Counted from the first letter of the whole stretch, positions 12,595-25,400 are shown. The stretch: 63,682 bases of DNA, filler included, from Bipalium vagum (GCA_037834085.1; 3 parts of 3 records of this genome joined end to end with filler, not necessarily neighbours in it); one strand, 5' to 3'. Notes: generated by a model not told the origin, from the sequence alone. Numbers and translations are program-made.

Positions 12595-13842
12595 CAGTGC
12601 TCCAACTAATTATTGCCGCACTAAGAAAATGCATATTTTTTGTATGTAGAAGCTATAATATTTAAAAAGTAAAAATTAACTAAAAAAATTCCAATAATTT
12701 ATTGCCGCATATTTACAAAAGATGTATATCATAAAAAAATACATTTTGAATTATTTTTCGATTGTTAATATTTTTTTGACCTTCCATGGGAATAAATCAC
12801 TTCATAAATTCTATTTGGCATAGAATTTACCAGTGCTCGCAGGACGCTGTTATATATTTCTTCCCAATAGCGAATTATCTCTCGTTCCAGCTCTGAAATT
12901 GATTCATATTGTTTCCCATTAGCATATACCCGACGTGCTAATATCCCCCAAAGATTTTCTATGGGATTCAAGTCTAGTGAATAGGGTGAAGTCGACTTCC
13001 CGTGATAATTGATACAACCCCAAATCACAATGAACCTCCTTCAGTGTGTCTATTCGAAAAAGATATCTTCTCCTTCCGCAAATCGTGCTAATAATATGCG
13101 TAAGCGTCAGGTCCATCCAAATTAAACTCCAGAAGACCTTTTCCCATTCGGTGACTCACGATATTTTCTCTTTAGCTCAGCAGACATGATTGATATCTTT
13201 TGATATCAGATCATCCCAGACTTATTTAAAATCTTTCTAATACTCTCTACGGACCAATTTAGATTGAATAGCGCTTTTATTTTCACATTAGATATGGTTT
13301 GGTTGCTGACATTCCTAATAATGGAACGCCTTGTTGCTGCGGAAATCTTCACCTTAGGACCTCGTGTCTTCTTTTCTTTATTTTTATTCTTCAAAAAGTA
13401 TCTTATACTACTTTCATTCTTCCCTAACATAGTGCTGATCCATCTGTTCGATTTTCCGGCGTCGTGGTAGGAATAGATCATTCCCTTCTCGGTTTCAGTT
13501 AATCATGCAATTTTACCCATCTAACTGAATAATTTTTTTATAAAATCTTAGTATTCGACAGATAGAAGTACTTATATTTAATATTTAATCTTCAAACGTT
13601 TAATTTATATAATTAGATTTAAATAATTTCGCTTTTAAATTAGTGCGGCAATAATTAGTTGGAATTAATTATCTGATATATTATAACAAATCAGTTTTAT
13701 GTGAAGTAAATGGTTGATTAGTTAGCCAAAAGTTATTTTAAAATCTTAAAAATATTTCATGCATAATACAATAATCAAAAAAATTATTTAAATTTAAATA
13801 AGTTAAGATTTATTATATTTTCAAGGTGCGGCAATAACACTG
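12595..13842 (-). mobile_element. Tc3-like transposon with IR/DR ends; transposase pseudogene with internal deletion
   Basis: TA|CAGTGCTCCAACTAATTATTGCCGCAC at left, rc TA|CAGTGTTATTGCCGCAC at right; internal copies at ~12689 and ~13641. ORF pieces GKSNRWISTMLGKNESSIRYFLKN, FNLDGPDAY, MIWGCI and SLDLNPIENLWGILARRVYANGKQY. Confidence 0.92.
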
Positions 13843-14681
13843 TATATACCTAATCCAAAAATTATCAAACCTATAGTTTACTTCCTCGTTTTTCTAACAT
13901 GGATTTTTAAAATTGATTTTTCGAATTTTAAAAAATGTTTCTAAATATGATATTATAAGAAGAGGATATACATAAATCTTTGCTCTTTCTAATGATGTTA
14001 ATTTGATTTTTGATCTGATCAATACATATTATGATCAGAAGTCCAATATTTTAAATTATTATAAATTTTGGCTCATTAACTTTTCTATAATCGCTTTTAT
14101 CATCTTAAAATGATAAATCACTAACTTCGAATTTCTTAAACCAATTTTAGTAGGTCTCTCTATTGACTGTATTTTTGCGAAGCGCTTTGCAAATTTGATC
14201 ATAATCCTTCGTTGCATTTTGACCAATTTTGAAATGATAAATATATATCATATATAATACTAAAAATTATTGTTTATTCAAGCTTTTTTCAAAAAAATTC
14301 GAAATTTCTTAACTTTATTGTTACAACCGAATATAATTTATATTCGCATTTTTTAATTATCTAACAAATGGCGAAAATTAGTTGATTTAAATGGTGCATA
14401 TATTGCTGAATAACATTTTTTATAATAATAAAATATAGACTTTTAGACTATAAACACGACTCTTTACTCAACCCATTATATTCGTTTAAATGATATGATA
14501 ATAAAACATTTGAATTTTTTTAAGAATAATTATTTCAGGAGGGATAAAATAAAAATAAATTGAATTAAATTTTCTGGTTTTGACATTAAATAATATAAAA
14601 TAACTTTCGTCGTCATATTTAATAAGTTAGTATATAACAAATAACGCGATTTTCCAATTAAAGATGCCCCACTTTCTAATT

Positions 14682-15820
14682 TTATTTCATGTGGGCTCCT
14701 TCTCCCACAATCCAACTCTTTAATCTTTGTCAAAAGTGGAGCATCCTTTCTTTAGCTGTTACCTGGCCCAAATTGTTGAATGCAGCCAGAGTAGCTGCAT
14801 GAAGGTCTGATTTATTGGTATGGTTGGATTTACAAGTAAAATCTTTCAATAACGCCCAAGACAAAATGATCTAGAGGTTTTAAATCTCGACTCTTTTGAA
14901 GCCACATTTATTTAGATCAAAACATTAAAAAATTAACTTTAAAATATTTTTGCACTAAAATGCTAATATGAGCGAATGCATTATCCTGTTGAAAGACACG
15001 ACTTTTCAGAAACTACATCAGAACCTCAAGATAGACATACTTTGCAATCTCTTCACCCGATTCAAAGAAATATGGTGGTATGACATCACCCTCACTTGAA
15101 AAAACGCCTAACATAACGGCTTGCAGAAAATATTGTCCGACCAACTACAGGAGTATATTTTGGAGCGTTGGCAAGCAAATGGTCGTTCCGCTTGCTCACC
15201 TTGGCATCTATGGTAAAAATCTTTTTATCAGGGGTTAACTTGAGACGACCATTAGCTTCGCGTTTCAATGAGGACAACAACAATTTGCAGCGGTAACTCA
15301 TTTCAATTTGATTTCTAAAGACAGCATCTGTCGTCCTTTAACATGTAGGAATGGCATCTGAGAACCTGTTAAGCGACTCAACGGAAGAAAATTATACTAA
15401 CGTTGATTATGAATGACAATTTTACAAGCGATATCTCCGGATAGTTACTGATTAAGATTTTGGCTTTTTTGATAATTTGTTGGGTCCTTGCTTTCCTTTC
15501 TTTTGCGTTAATCTTCCTTGTTGGATAAGCTGAATCTTCTCCAAACATATTAAAACAGAATACTTTATGCAATGTCATATACAGTGGACCTTGGATACCC
15601 GAAAAAATTAACTATATCAGTGGACGACTTTCCAGCTTGAAGTCCTTCCATTACTGCCGATTTTTGACTAAATCCGGATGTCATTTTTTCTATTATTATA
15701 ATTTTCAAATAATGCAGGTTTATAAACGTTAAAAAAACAAAGATATTAAATTCAGATGTATTAAATTTTATGTTTCTCAATACCGCATCAAATCTTACCG
15801 GATTTTGCTGTCGAACTCTG
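14682..15820 (-). mobile_element. maT/DD37D-like transposon relic
   Basis: rc TA|CAGAGTTCGACAGCAAAATCCGG end. MTSGFSQKSAVMEGLQAGKSSTDIVNFFGYPRSTVYDI (ATG 15684), DKKIFTIDAKVSKRNDH, VFQQDNA, SRDLKPLDHFVLG, and C-terminal GEGAHMK*. 3' TIR not located. Confidence 0.82.
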
Positions 15821-15872
15821 TATATTTACAACTATTATAAGTTTCTTCATCTAAGATATTTTAAAATTTTTA

Positions 15873-15873
15873 C

Positions 15874-15921
<48 letters not shown>
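15873..15921. repeat. (TTA)n microsatellite
   Basis: Perfect TTA run; it produces the spurious poly-Tyr ORF 15770..16000. Confidence 0.95.
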
Positions 15922-15922
<1 letters not shown>

Positions 15923-16111
15923 CATCATCATTATTCAAATGCCTACAAAATTATAGATATTAATTATTTAGTAAATTTTTTTGTTGAAAACCTTTTTTAA
16001 AATTTACGCTTCAATATGAAAACAAATTTATATTAATAAAACAAATTTTCCTTTATTAAATCATACTGCAAAAATTAAGTTTCATAAACCGCCATTAATT
16101 TCTTTAAAACA

Positions 16112-16112
<1 letters not shown>

Positions 16113-16181
<69 letters not shown>
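16113..16181. repeat. (TTA)n microsatellite at contig end
   Basis: Perfect run leading into the assembly gap. Confidence 0.95.
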
Positions 16182-16281
16182 NNNNNNNNNNNNNNNNNNN
16201 NNNNNNNNNNNNNNNNNNNNNNNNNTTAATTAATTAANNNNNNNNNNNNNNNNNNNNNNNNNNNNNNNNNNNNNNNNNNNN
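16182..16281. other. Assembly gap: 44 N + TTAATTAATTAA linker + 44 N
   Basis: Palindromic 12-mer (16226-16237) with stops in all six frames, centred in a 100-bp gap; identical layout at 42656-42755. Confidence 0.95.
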
Positions 16282-16431
16282 ATTATTATTTTACCCTTGA
16301 CCCTTTTGCGGTCTTTAAGTTAAATTTTAAAAGGTTAAAACGTTAAAAGGTTATAAGGTATATGCCCTTGGTTAACCCAACAGTACCATCGTTTTGTTGT
16401 AGCCCATGAAGGACTTTGTTCACCGTAAACA
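16282..16431 (-). mobile_element. Terminal fragment of the same putative LTR family as 39783-41090
   Basis: Shares CCCTYTTGCGGTCT and TGYCCTTGGTTAACCMAACA with 40943-41056; ends ...CACCGTAAACA. Confidence 0.6.
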
Positions 16432-16925
16432 TCATTTAATTCCTTTTGAATTTCTTCTCCAATTTTTTTCTTTAAATACAGAAAACGAATGACGCTCAGA
16501 TATTGTACAATTTCTAAAGAAATTTTAAAAAAGGCGATTTACCTGATTAACATAAAATAATATATTAAAACAAATATCTTACAATTACCTATAATAAATT
16601 GCACTATATGTAATTATAATATTTTTAAATTTACATTAGGCTCACTACTTATTAGGCACACCACGTAAAAGATGAGTTAGAGGATTTTTTTGAAAATTCT
16701 ACGACACCACCTTTTGATATTTTCATAAATCAATTTAAAGAAATTTGATTTGGTTGTATTATTATAGAAAATCTTTTCTCTTAAAAAGTTTCTAAAATTT
16801 ATCATACTTAAATTACTTATTCACTAACGATATTTCTAAAAATTTCATTTGCAACTAGAGTTAAATATATTTTTGATTTTTGATTTATTTGTACTATTTG
16901 TTAATTGTATAACTATTTTATTATA

Positions 16926-17458
16926 TTAGGTAATCTAAAAAGTTTCCGCCGATTTTGGTAAAATGAAAAGTTCGAAAAATAAAGTCGAATTGAAAATTTT
17001 ACTAAATTACATAATTACCATTTTGATCGACAATGTCTTGCCATTCTTTTGGTAAAGCCAAAATTCCGTCACTGTAAAAAAGTGTAATAAGTGTTTTCGC
17101 AATCCTCTTTTGAATTTAATTTTACACCATGAAGGGAGTTCCGCAATGAGAGAAAAAGTTGATAGTCTGACGGTGCTAGATCAGGACTATATGGAGGATG
17201 CAACAAAATTTCCTAATCAAGATCCCTGAATTTTTGCTGCGTCATGAAAGATACATGTGGTCTGGCGTTGTCATGGTGAAACACAGCGCCTTTCTTATTG
17301 ATTAATTCGGGACGTTTTCTTGCAATTTCCTAATGTACTTTTGTCAACTGTTGACAGTAGATAGCTGAGTTTATTTTTTGTCCTGGTTGGAGTAATTCAT
17401 AATGGACTATTCCCTTGTAATCCCACTAGGCACAGAGCATTAACGTCCTTGAGTGCGA
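16926..17458 (-). mobile_element. 3' half of a mariner (DD34D)
   Basis: TA|TTAGGTAATCTAAAAAGTTTCCGCCGAT TIR. WDYKGIVHYELLQPGQKINS, VFHHDNARPHVS, HPPYSPDLAPSDYQLF and GILALPKEWQDIVDQNGNY. Confidence 0.88.
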
Positions 17459-17459
17459 A

Positions 17460-18340
17460 ATTCCGTTCAGGCTCTGAGAGCTAAAAATATTGAAATTGAG
17501 TTCATTTCGTTTGAAGAAAATTTCATGTTAAAAGTAATGGTGAAACTTACAAATGATGAAACTAAACAATATTTCTTCAGTAACGAGAATATAAATGAGG
17601 CAATCATAGCTTTGCGCCAAGGGCTAGGGATACATTATTATATCAGGTGGAAAAGTCATGAGGGGCAATGACGAGTACTAGCATGTTACTCAATGTGTAT
17701 CAGATCAAAAAAATTGATGCTGAATAACACATTACCGGCTGCTCGTTGGTTTTTCACAATAAAAGCCAGGAGCAACAAGTTGGCACTAAGATTCCGTATC
17801 TTTAATATAGTAAAAGGTAAGGCGACTCTTTGCAGGCTTTGCAACTTTGCAAGTGAGAGTCAAGTCCATGTGCTAAATCATTGCCCGGTTAGACCACACT
17901 CGCCTACTGCCAAACACAACAATGTGTTGTTCCTTGTTTGGAATTTCCTTAGAGATTTCGGACTGGATGTCATTCCACATGAAATCAAAACAACTCTAAG
18001 ACGGGATTTAATTGTTCGGTCAAAGATTAAAAAGGAAATAGACCTCATAGACTTAAAAATCCCATACGACGAGTGTGAGAACTTCTCTAGGAATCATAGA
18101 AATAACCAAAAGAAGTACGAAGCACTTGCTAAAGAGCTGGGATTAAAAGTCCGATCTAAAGTCTCTATATGAACTATAAACCTTGGACGTCTTGGATCTT
18201 GGGATCCAGAAAACGATATGGTTTTCAGACGTCTTGGACTGACTGAAATCGATATACACAGATTATCCACTGACATGATTGCGTCTGTGATTGTGCAGTC
18301 ATATCCTATTTACTTGCAACACATTGCAACTAAATGATAA
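17460..18340 (+). mobile_element. 5'-truncated non-LTR retrotransposon, restriction-like endonuclease (REL) type, NeSL/Utopia-like
   Basis: CCHC knuckle CRLC-x8-H-x4-C, KHN (RHN), LRRDL (PD), DLKIPYD, NQKKY and GRLGSWDPEND. Contains a premature stop and a frameshift. Confidence 0.85.
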
Positions 18341-19789
18341 CTGTTATTATATAAAGTATATTTTATTCATAATACCTTTTAAATTATAACACTTTTAATT
18401 AAATAATGTAAGTTGTTCCTATTATAACTATTACTTTAATAATCATAATAAAAAGTTCATGTAATTAATTTAACTATAACCTTAATTTTTAATCATCAAT
18501 ATTTTAAATTTTATCAAAACCATGGTATAAATGAACTGAAATTTCTTTTTAAAAATATAATCTTAAAATTTATACTTCCCTTGAAAATAAATTCATAAAT
18601 CTAACGAGGTAATTTAATTTTAACTTGCTGTAAAATTTATTTAATGTAAAAAAATGGAAATATTTTTTATGAAATTTATAAATGCTTCCATTTAATTATA
18701 AAAAATCATGAATCATGATAATTTTAATCACAATCGCAACAATATTACTGCAATGTATAACTCTTTTTACGTAAATTCTTTTTATAACTCTCTGGAATTT
18801 TATAAATTTATTTAACGGTGTAATCAACCTGAAAATTCTTTATTACAGCAATATTAACGAGATTTATAACTTTGAATATTAAACGATTTCAAAATAACCT
18901 AAATATATTAATTATAAAGCTGACTACAATTAATTACCTTTATCATATTAAATAATAAATCAAAAAATTCTAACCCCAATAATGACTCCAAATTAATAAC
19001 TAAAATAATACTATAAATAGAACTCACATTTTAAATAGTAAAATATAAAAAACCTTTTGTAACCAATTTTTTTTAAAAAACTTTTAAATAATAAAACTTT
19101 AACTTTTAATTTTAATACTAACACAAATTTATGTCTCACTAGATTTAATTACCAAAAAATTTTCCGATTAACATTATAAATAATCTTTTATAACCAAAAA
19201 TTTAAAAGCTTTTAAAACTGTAAAATTTTCTTACAAATTTTTTAATTTTTATGTTCATTGCATCTTTTTATTTTTACATAAAGCGTTGAAGAGATATTTT
19301 TATGGTAAAGGGCATTTTATAATTTTTCTGAGGGGGTAATTCCTGAGAACCCTACACATTTTCCAACACCCTTTGTAAATTCCGAGAAATAATTTTAAGC
19401 TCTTTCCTTGCTGTTGCTGTTCTGTTTCTGTGATATATTTTATTATTATTTTGATGTAAGGCTAGGTATGTTTTCTCGGAATAAACGAATGGGTGATATG
19501 TGGGGGGAGTCAGGAAATACACCCTATAGACTCAGATAAGATTTCTTTGCTGTGTTTGGGATTTTACTTTTCTGGCAGTATTGAGAAAAGAACAACGCGA
19601 CCGAAGAAAGGCAGAAAAGGGTAAAATATATTCCTGTTTTATATTAAGTTCAACCTATCAGGCCTATGAATGGCAAAAGAACACAGGAAACCATTAAATG
19701 ATGAACAAGACAATATTAAAAAGCTAGAAAATTAGAAATTAAATGAACAGATGGCAGAAAAGTGTTATATAAAATAAATATTATTATTT

Positions 19790-20040
19790 TTTTCGTGTAC
19801 CTGGAATGTTCGATACAAACATTCAAGCTTGCATTGTGCTGAATGATTTAAGAGGTTATTCTCTTTTAGTCACTAATTTAATCTCCTTAATAATATTGCT
19901 GTGAATATGTTTTATGCTGTCGGCAGCAGTGCAATAGAACTCCAACTATAGACTTGGTCGTATTCATCAACTTTTCCAAGTTTTTGAATCAATGCTGTCT
20001 TCGCTACGTGCCATGATGTTAGTTTCAATGATCCGATTGA
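19790..20040 (-). mobile_element. Non-LTR reverse transcriptase fragment (domains 1-2)
   Basis: rc translation TSWHVAKTALIQKLGKVDEYDQVYSWSSIALLPTA*NIFTAILLRRL..LKENNLL matches W..A.T.LI.K.G...WRPIALL.T.YKIF..IL..RL. Confidence 0.72.
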
Positions 20041-21971
20041 ATAATAGGCTCAACAGAAAAATATTTTTAATGTTATAAATTGATCAAGTGATTATTTTGG
20101 TTTATAAAGTTCAACACTTACTCTTCTTTTTCTATTTTTTCGTTTCCAATTATTTTAGGTAGTTCATTATTCAAAATAATTTTTCGTTTAATGACAATTT
20201 AGTTTTTTTCATTAAAAACATGCACCAATGAAATTAAAAATAACTTTACTCCCAACGCTCTATTATTAAAAAGGTTATAATCTTTCCATTCTAGAAAAGA
20301 TGTTAATAATAATGCCTTTGCGGTAGTTTTTATTCTTTCCCTCAATAAAATTATTATTATTGAGGTGTTTGAAGATAAATTAGTGTTGCTTTGGAGCAAT
20401 GTTGGGTTCAATTAGCTGTCCATCAAATAATAATATTAATAATGTTGCTTTGTGATAGAAATATAAGATATAAAATATTATTCTATAGAATATTTTTAAT
20501 ATTTATTTTTCAAAGAACTTGTGAAATAAGGATGAAGACATGTAGGTTAAAATTGAATCATCAAGTCCATTGCCTAATTTGAAATATAATGTACACATCA
20601 CATCTTTTGAATTCGTCAATAAAAATAGTTAATATTAAAACAAATTAGACATAAATATTACTTTAGAGTTTAAATAATTTTACTTATTTTAATAAATAAA
20701 GATATTTGGCTTTGGTTTATTTTATTTAAATTTAAACATTATGATGGCTTTTTCTTTAAAAAGCGTAATATTTTGAGTTAATCTGAGTATATTTTAACAA
20801 TTTACGTTCCAAATATCAGTAAAAATTTAAACAACAACAGAAATCAGAAAAAAAAAGCGATCAACTCAAATATTTTCCTCTTAATTAATTTAATATATAT
20901 TTAATTAAAAAAAGAAATTCGACAACATGGATCTGCCCAACATGTATTGATTTTTCAAAAAAGTTTTCAATTAAAAAATCAATGAATTTTACATGACAAA
21001 ATATATAATATAAATAAAAAATATTTATTTTCAAAATCAATTAAATATAAAATATCGAAAAATATAATGACATTAAAATAATGTCATCTTTCTTTGTCTT
21101 TTTTTTATAAAACAAATTCTTCATTGTTTCATATTTCACATTGAATAAAAAAACTCGTCAAATGCACTTTAATTAAGTGTGTCCTTATTCGGTTGTTCTA
21201 AAGAAAATCTATTTATAATGATTAAATTTATACAAATACTAAAAAATTCCTGTTGATCACCAAATCTTCAATTGTCAAAAAATCGACAAAATATATAAAT
21301 TAAAAAATTCCTTTGTGCTGTCGTAGAAGGTCGAGAAGTGTCACTGCAAAACACAGAAATTCCTAAAATTAAAATATTCCAACAATTTCATAAAACCCTG
21401 AATCAAGCAAAACTCTGTCCAAAGAGAAAATTAATTGCATGTAATAACCGAGCCAAATTGGAAAAAATCAATCGCTTTATTTTTAGAAAATTAATTTCCT
21501 CTCACTCCCAAACCCAAAATGAGTTTGGTATGATTATCTGTTTAATAGCTCCCATTATTGTTCGGTTTCGTATATATAGACATGGCAGTGATTATTTGCT
21601 CAGAAACACAACTTTTAGACCGGGGTCTTGACAGAATCAAAATATAAATAAATAAATAAAAACGGCACGCAATTGGAAAAAGGAGTCATTGGAAAAATAT
21701 TTATTAGGCAACAATACAACTTTCCACATGAAAAAATAAGTACATTTATAAACTCAAACAAATTCAATCCTCGTTTTATTCCCAAATAAAATAAGCTGAA
21801 AAATAAATCAAAAATTTTATCATTTTCAATTTACACTGCGTCATTTATAAATAATACTTTATAAATTGTTCAAAGTTTTGTGTAGGCATCATCCTCATTA
21901 AACATTATATAACCAATGTCAGATGCACAAATGAGTAAAGGGCTTTTTAGTGTTAATAAATTGGACAGTGT

Positions 21972-22487
21972 TCACTGTTGCTTTCTGTCGTTCTTCTGTT
22001 GATTTTGAATAAATCCGCGTAAAATATCTAGAATTGCCTTTTTATAGAAAAATGTTATTACAGACCATCCGGTAACAATCAATAGTCCCACTACGCATGC
22101 CGTGATAATCAACCGTCTAGCGCAATCGCTCTTCTTACGGAATCGTTGCATATCGTGCACTCGGTAGTCAGTATAGCTGCAAACCGAGAGAATGAGTGCT
22201 GGCATCGAGCAGCAATAGGTAATGGGACAGCAGAGTAAAGCAAATAGACTACATATTATAGGACACTTATCAAAAGGTTGACCCATTGGAGGCTGGGAAA
22301 AATCTCTCATAACTATTTGCTGATTCAAACTAGGATGTCGTGGAGCCGGTATTGGCATGTAGCCCGCGCCTGTCATAGTTCCACCCGACATCATACCGAC
22401 CATATTTTGATTATCTGAAGGACTGGTTTGGTACGACATTGGAATGTGTGTCGAAGAGATTTCGTACATATCAGATTTGTTATGCAT
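21972..22487 (-). CDS. CD225/dispanin (IFITM/PRRT1-like) membrane protein, 171 aa; probably preceded by an intron or trans-splice acceptor
   Basis: Low-complexity M/P/G/Q-rich N-terminus, then CD225-like core PIICSLFALLCCPITYCCSMPALILSV...HD...KKSDCARRLIITACVVGLLIVTGWSVITFFY (intramembrane helix with CC pairs, loop, TM helix, basic tail). More GC-rich than flanks. TTAG acceptor immediately precedes the ATG. Confidence 0.85.
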   Translation of the reverse strand: MHNKSDMYEISSTHIPMSYQTSPSDNQNMVGMMSGGTMTGAGYMPIPAPRHPSLNQQIVMRDFSQPPMGQPFDKCPIICSLFALLCCPITYCCSMPALILSVCSYTDYRVHDMQRFRKKSDCARRLIITACVVGLLIVTGWSVITFFYKKAILDILRGFIQNQQKNDRKQQ

Positions 22488-25400
22488 CTAAGACAATAGC
22501 AAATTTTAGAATAAGCGCAAAGAGACTTTAAAAAATGCATTATAATATTAAAAATATTTTATATTATATTTTTTTATAAAATTTAATACCACAATTATTA
22601 TCTTTTCCAAGGTCAAAAGGCTTTTCAATAAGTTGTTATAACTTTAAAATAAAAAATTAGGCGAAAAAAAAATCTATTTTTAGTAACATTAAGTCGTCAG
22701 TCAATCTCTTGATTACTATCAGTGATCATTAGGTCTGACCGGCTTACCATTCTCATTAAATCTAAACTTAATGAGTATTTAACAAAACGAATTAAATAAA
22801 TTTCAATTCTTTTTTTCAAAAAACTTTATTCCAAGGAAAATCGTTTCAAAATCAATGGTTCTGGTAACTTTTTGAGTTTTAAAGACAAAAAAATTTCCTT
22901 GAGGTTATTAACAAATTCGTTGAAAAAAGATTAATAATGGGTGAGATGCTTTCGAAAATAAATTTAACCTAAAAATGATGAAGTGTAAAAAAGAACTGAG
23001 AGAGAGAAACGAAAAATACTGATGACATGCAAAGAACAAAAACTGTAAGAAACCGCCCCTCCCTAAATATTAACTTGTCTGACCGAAGACAGAAATTTGA
23101 TTGTTTGTATTACAATAAAAAAAATGTTTTGCAAATTGACAGACAGATGACGATATATAAGTGGTACAAAGTGGATATTGTCTCGCTCTGTTTGTATTTA
23201 TGAACAATAGCAACGGGACAGAAATCGATTCCGGACCAAATGATTTATCAAAACTAAAATAATGTTGGGAAAACAAATTTTAAAAAAACATCAATTTTGT
23301 TTACACAATAAATTAAAGTTTTAGAAATCAATTAATAATTATCAATATTCAATAAAATGTGCTAAATTAACCATCCATGTGGAAAAGAGTCTTCAAATTA
23401 AAAGATCAAATATTTATCAAAAACATGAATAAGGGTGTTCTTTTTATGAAATTTAACAATAATTTTATCCAATATAATTCAATCTCTACTTTGTATTGTT
23501 ATTCCGCCCGTATCACGATATGGGATTGTTAACTTTCTTATAAACAATTACAATTTCACGCGCGAGAACAAGTTTTGAATTTGAAATGAAAATGGCATAC
23601 CTGACATTAAAACAAGTGATTATGTATTCTTTTCGATCTCGAGATCTCATTTATATTTGAAATAAAGTTTTTCAACAAAACATATCACCAAAAGAAACTT
23701 TATTTTTCCTACGACAATGACAGTTCAAAAAATCAGTTAAGGATTAAAAAACAACATTCGTATTTACACCAACCAAACAAGGGTATTTTCAAAACAATCT
23801 TTCAGGAGAGCCTCATACACCTTATCCAACATTTGCCCAGTTCTTTTAATTATTTTCGTAAAAAGACTGAAATTGTTGTTTTAATCAATTCTTGAACCCC
23901 ATTTAATTAATATTGGTTAATTAATTTTAAAGCTTTTCTTTCTGATTAATTTACGTTATTGAAAAAATCATCAGAAAATAAAACATATAAATCAAATAAA
24001 AACATTTTTTGAGTGAACTTCAATTTTTGCTGAGACAGTCTTAAGTATGATTTACGATGACATATAAAATCAATCATGATAAATAACGGGTCAAGACACT
24101 CTTCTACCGATTTTCATGCACTTACCATACCTATATCCACTGTGACATTTTGTCCATAACATAAGATCATGAGGACTGACTTTATACATCTCATCTATAG
24201 TGAAACACCAATTATCAAATCACAGAAAGCCTTTCTGTATTACTTATTTTCTAATAAAATCACTCTGATATGTCATTTATTATGATCATTTATTATTTTA
24301 ATTAAATCTCTCATTCCCAAAGCCCATTAATAATCCGATCTCACGGGGTGGTGTAGGAACTTACCAGGTAATTTTCCAGAATTATTGTGATGGATTTTCC
24401 ATGTTTGTCTACAATAGACAAAATTAATGAGATGTCATAAACTTTGCTAACAATTTTAGCCAACATATTCAACACTAAATAATGTCGCTTTTACAACCCC
24501 ACTTTTCTTCAAAATACCATTTAAAGTAAGAACACTGGCTACGTTCGTCCGGTTTTCAAACGAATACTTTTCATAGTTTTTCATAGACATTTCATAACAG
24601 GAAAAAATCAACTTAGAACATCATATTTTTTCAATTTGCATACGAATACGAATACATTTCCCTAAATATGTAAGTTGCACCGGGTGATGGTTTAATGGTC
24701 TCGATTAACATACCGGTATGACCGTTCATGACAGGAAGCTGGTGCCTAATATTCGAATTTGACGACAAAGAAAAACCTGGTTTTATTTTTCTTGTCTCGT
24801 AAACCTTATTTTATATCATGAAATTCACCCATCATTTTTCACTTTGGCTTATATTTCCTCTCTCAACTAATAATCAATCATTACAAGAGTATTAACACAT
24901 TATAGACTTAGTTATGTACCTAAAATAATCAGGTTTTTATTGATAGTTTAAAAAGAGCAGTATTAAAACAGGTTGAAATTTGAATTAACTTCTATTTTAT
25001 TTCAGAAAATTTTTTTTAGTGCTACATGGAACCACGCCTCTGGCAGTTGTCAAGACCACTAGCATATCACTTTATAGCCCGAGATATTCTACAGTGCTTG
25101 GTTTATTGAACAGCTGGATCAGAACATTGAGATCTGAGTTGTCACAAGGTGAAGTTCTCAGTATGAGGGATAGGAAATCCCCTTCTCGCACTGGCTATAG
25201 ACTTGTGCTCAAATAGATTTGTTGCCCGTCAACAGATTCAAACCGCCAGTCAATCGATAGATAGATAAAAATGAACAGAGATGTTTAGCGATAAAATCTC
25301 TGGTTCGTCAGGAAATTGTCGGAAAATGTGACAGTTAAATCAAAATAGATCCTTATACAAAATATTAAAATAATCAATAAAGCGCAACATTTATAAGACA

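Noticed and set aside
15770-16000. Poly-Tyr ORF (likewise 61495..61680)
   Set aside because: Translation of a (TTA)n/(TAA)n microsatellite.
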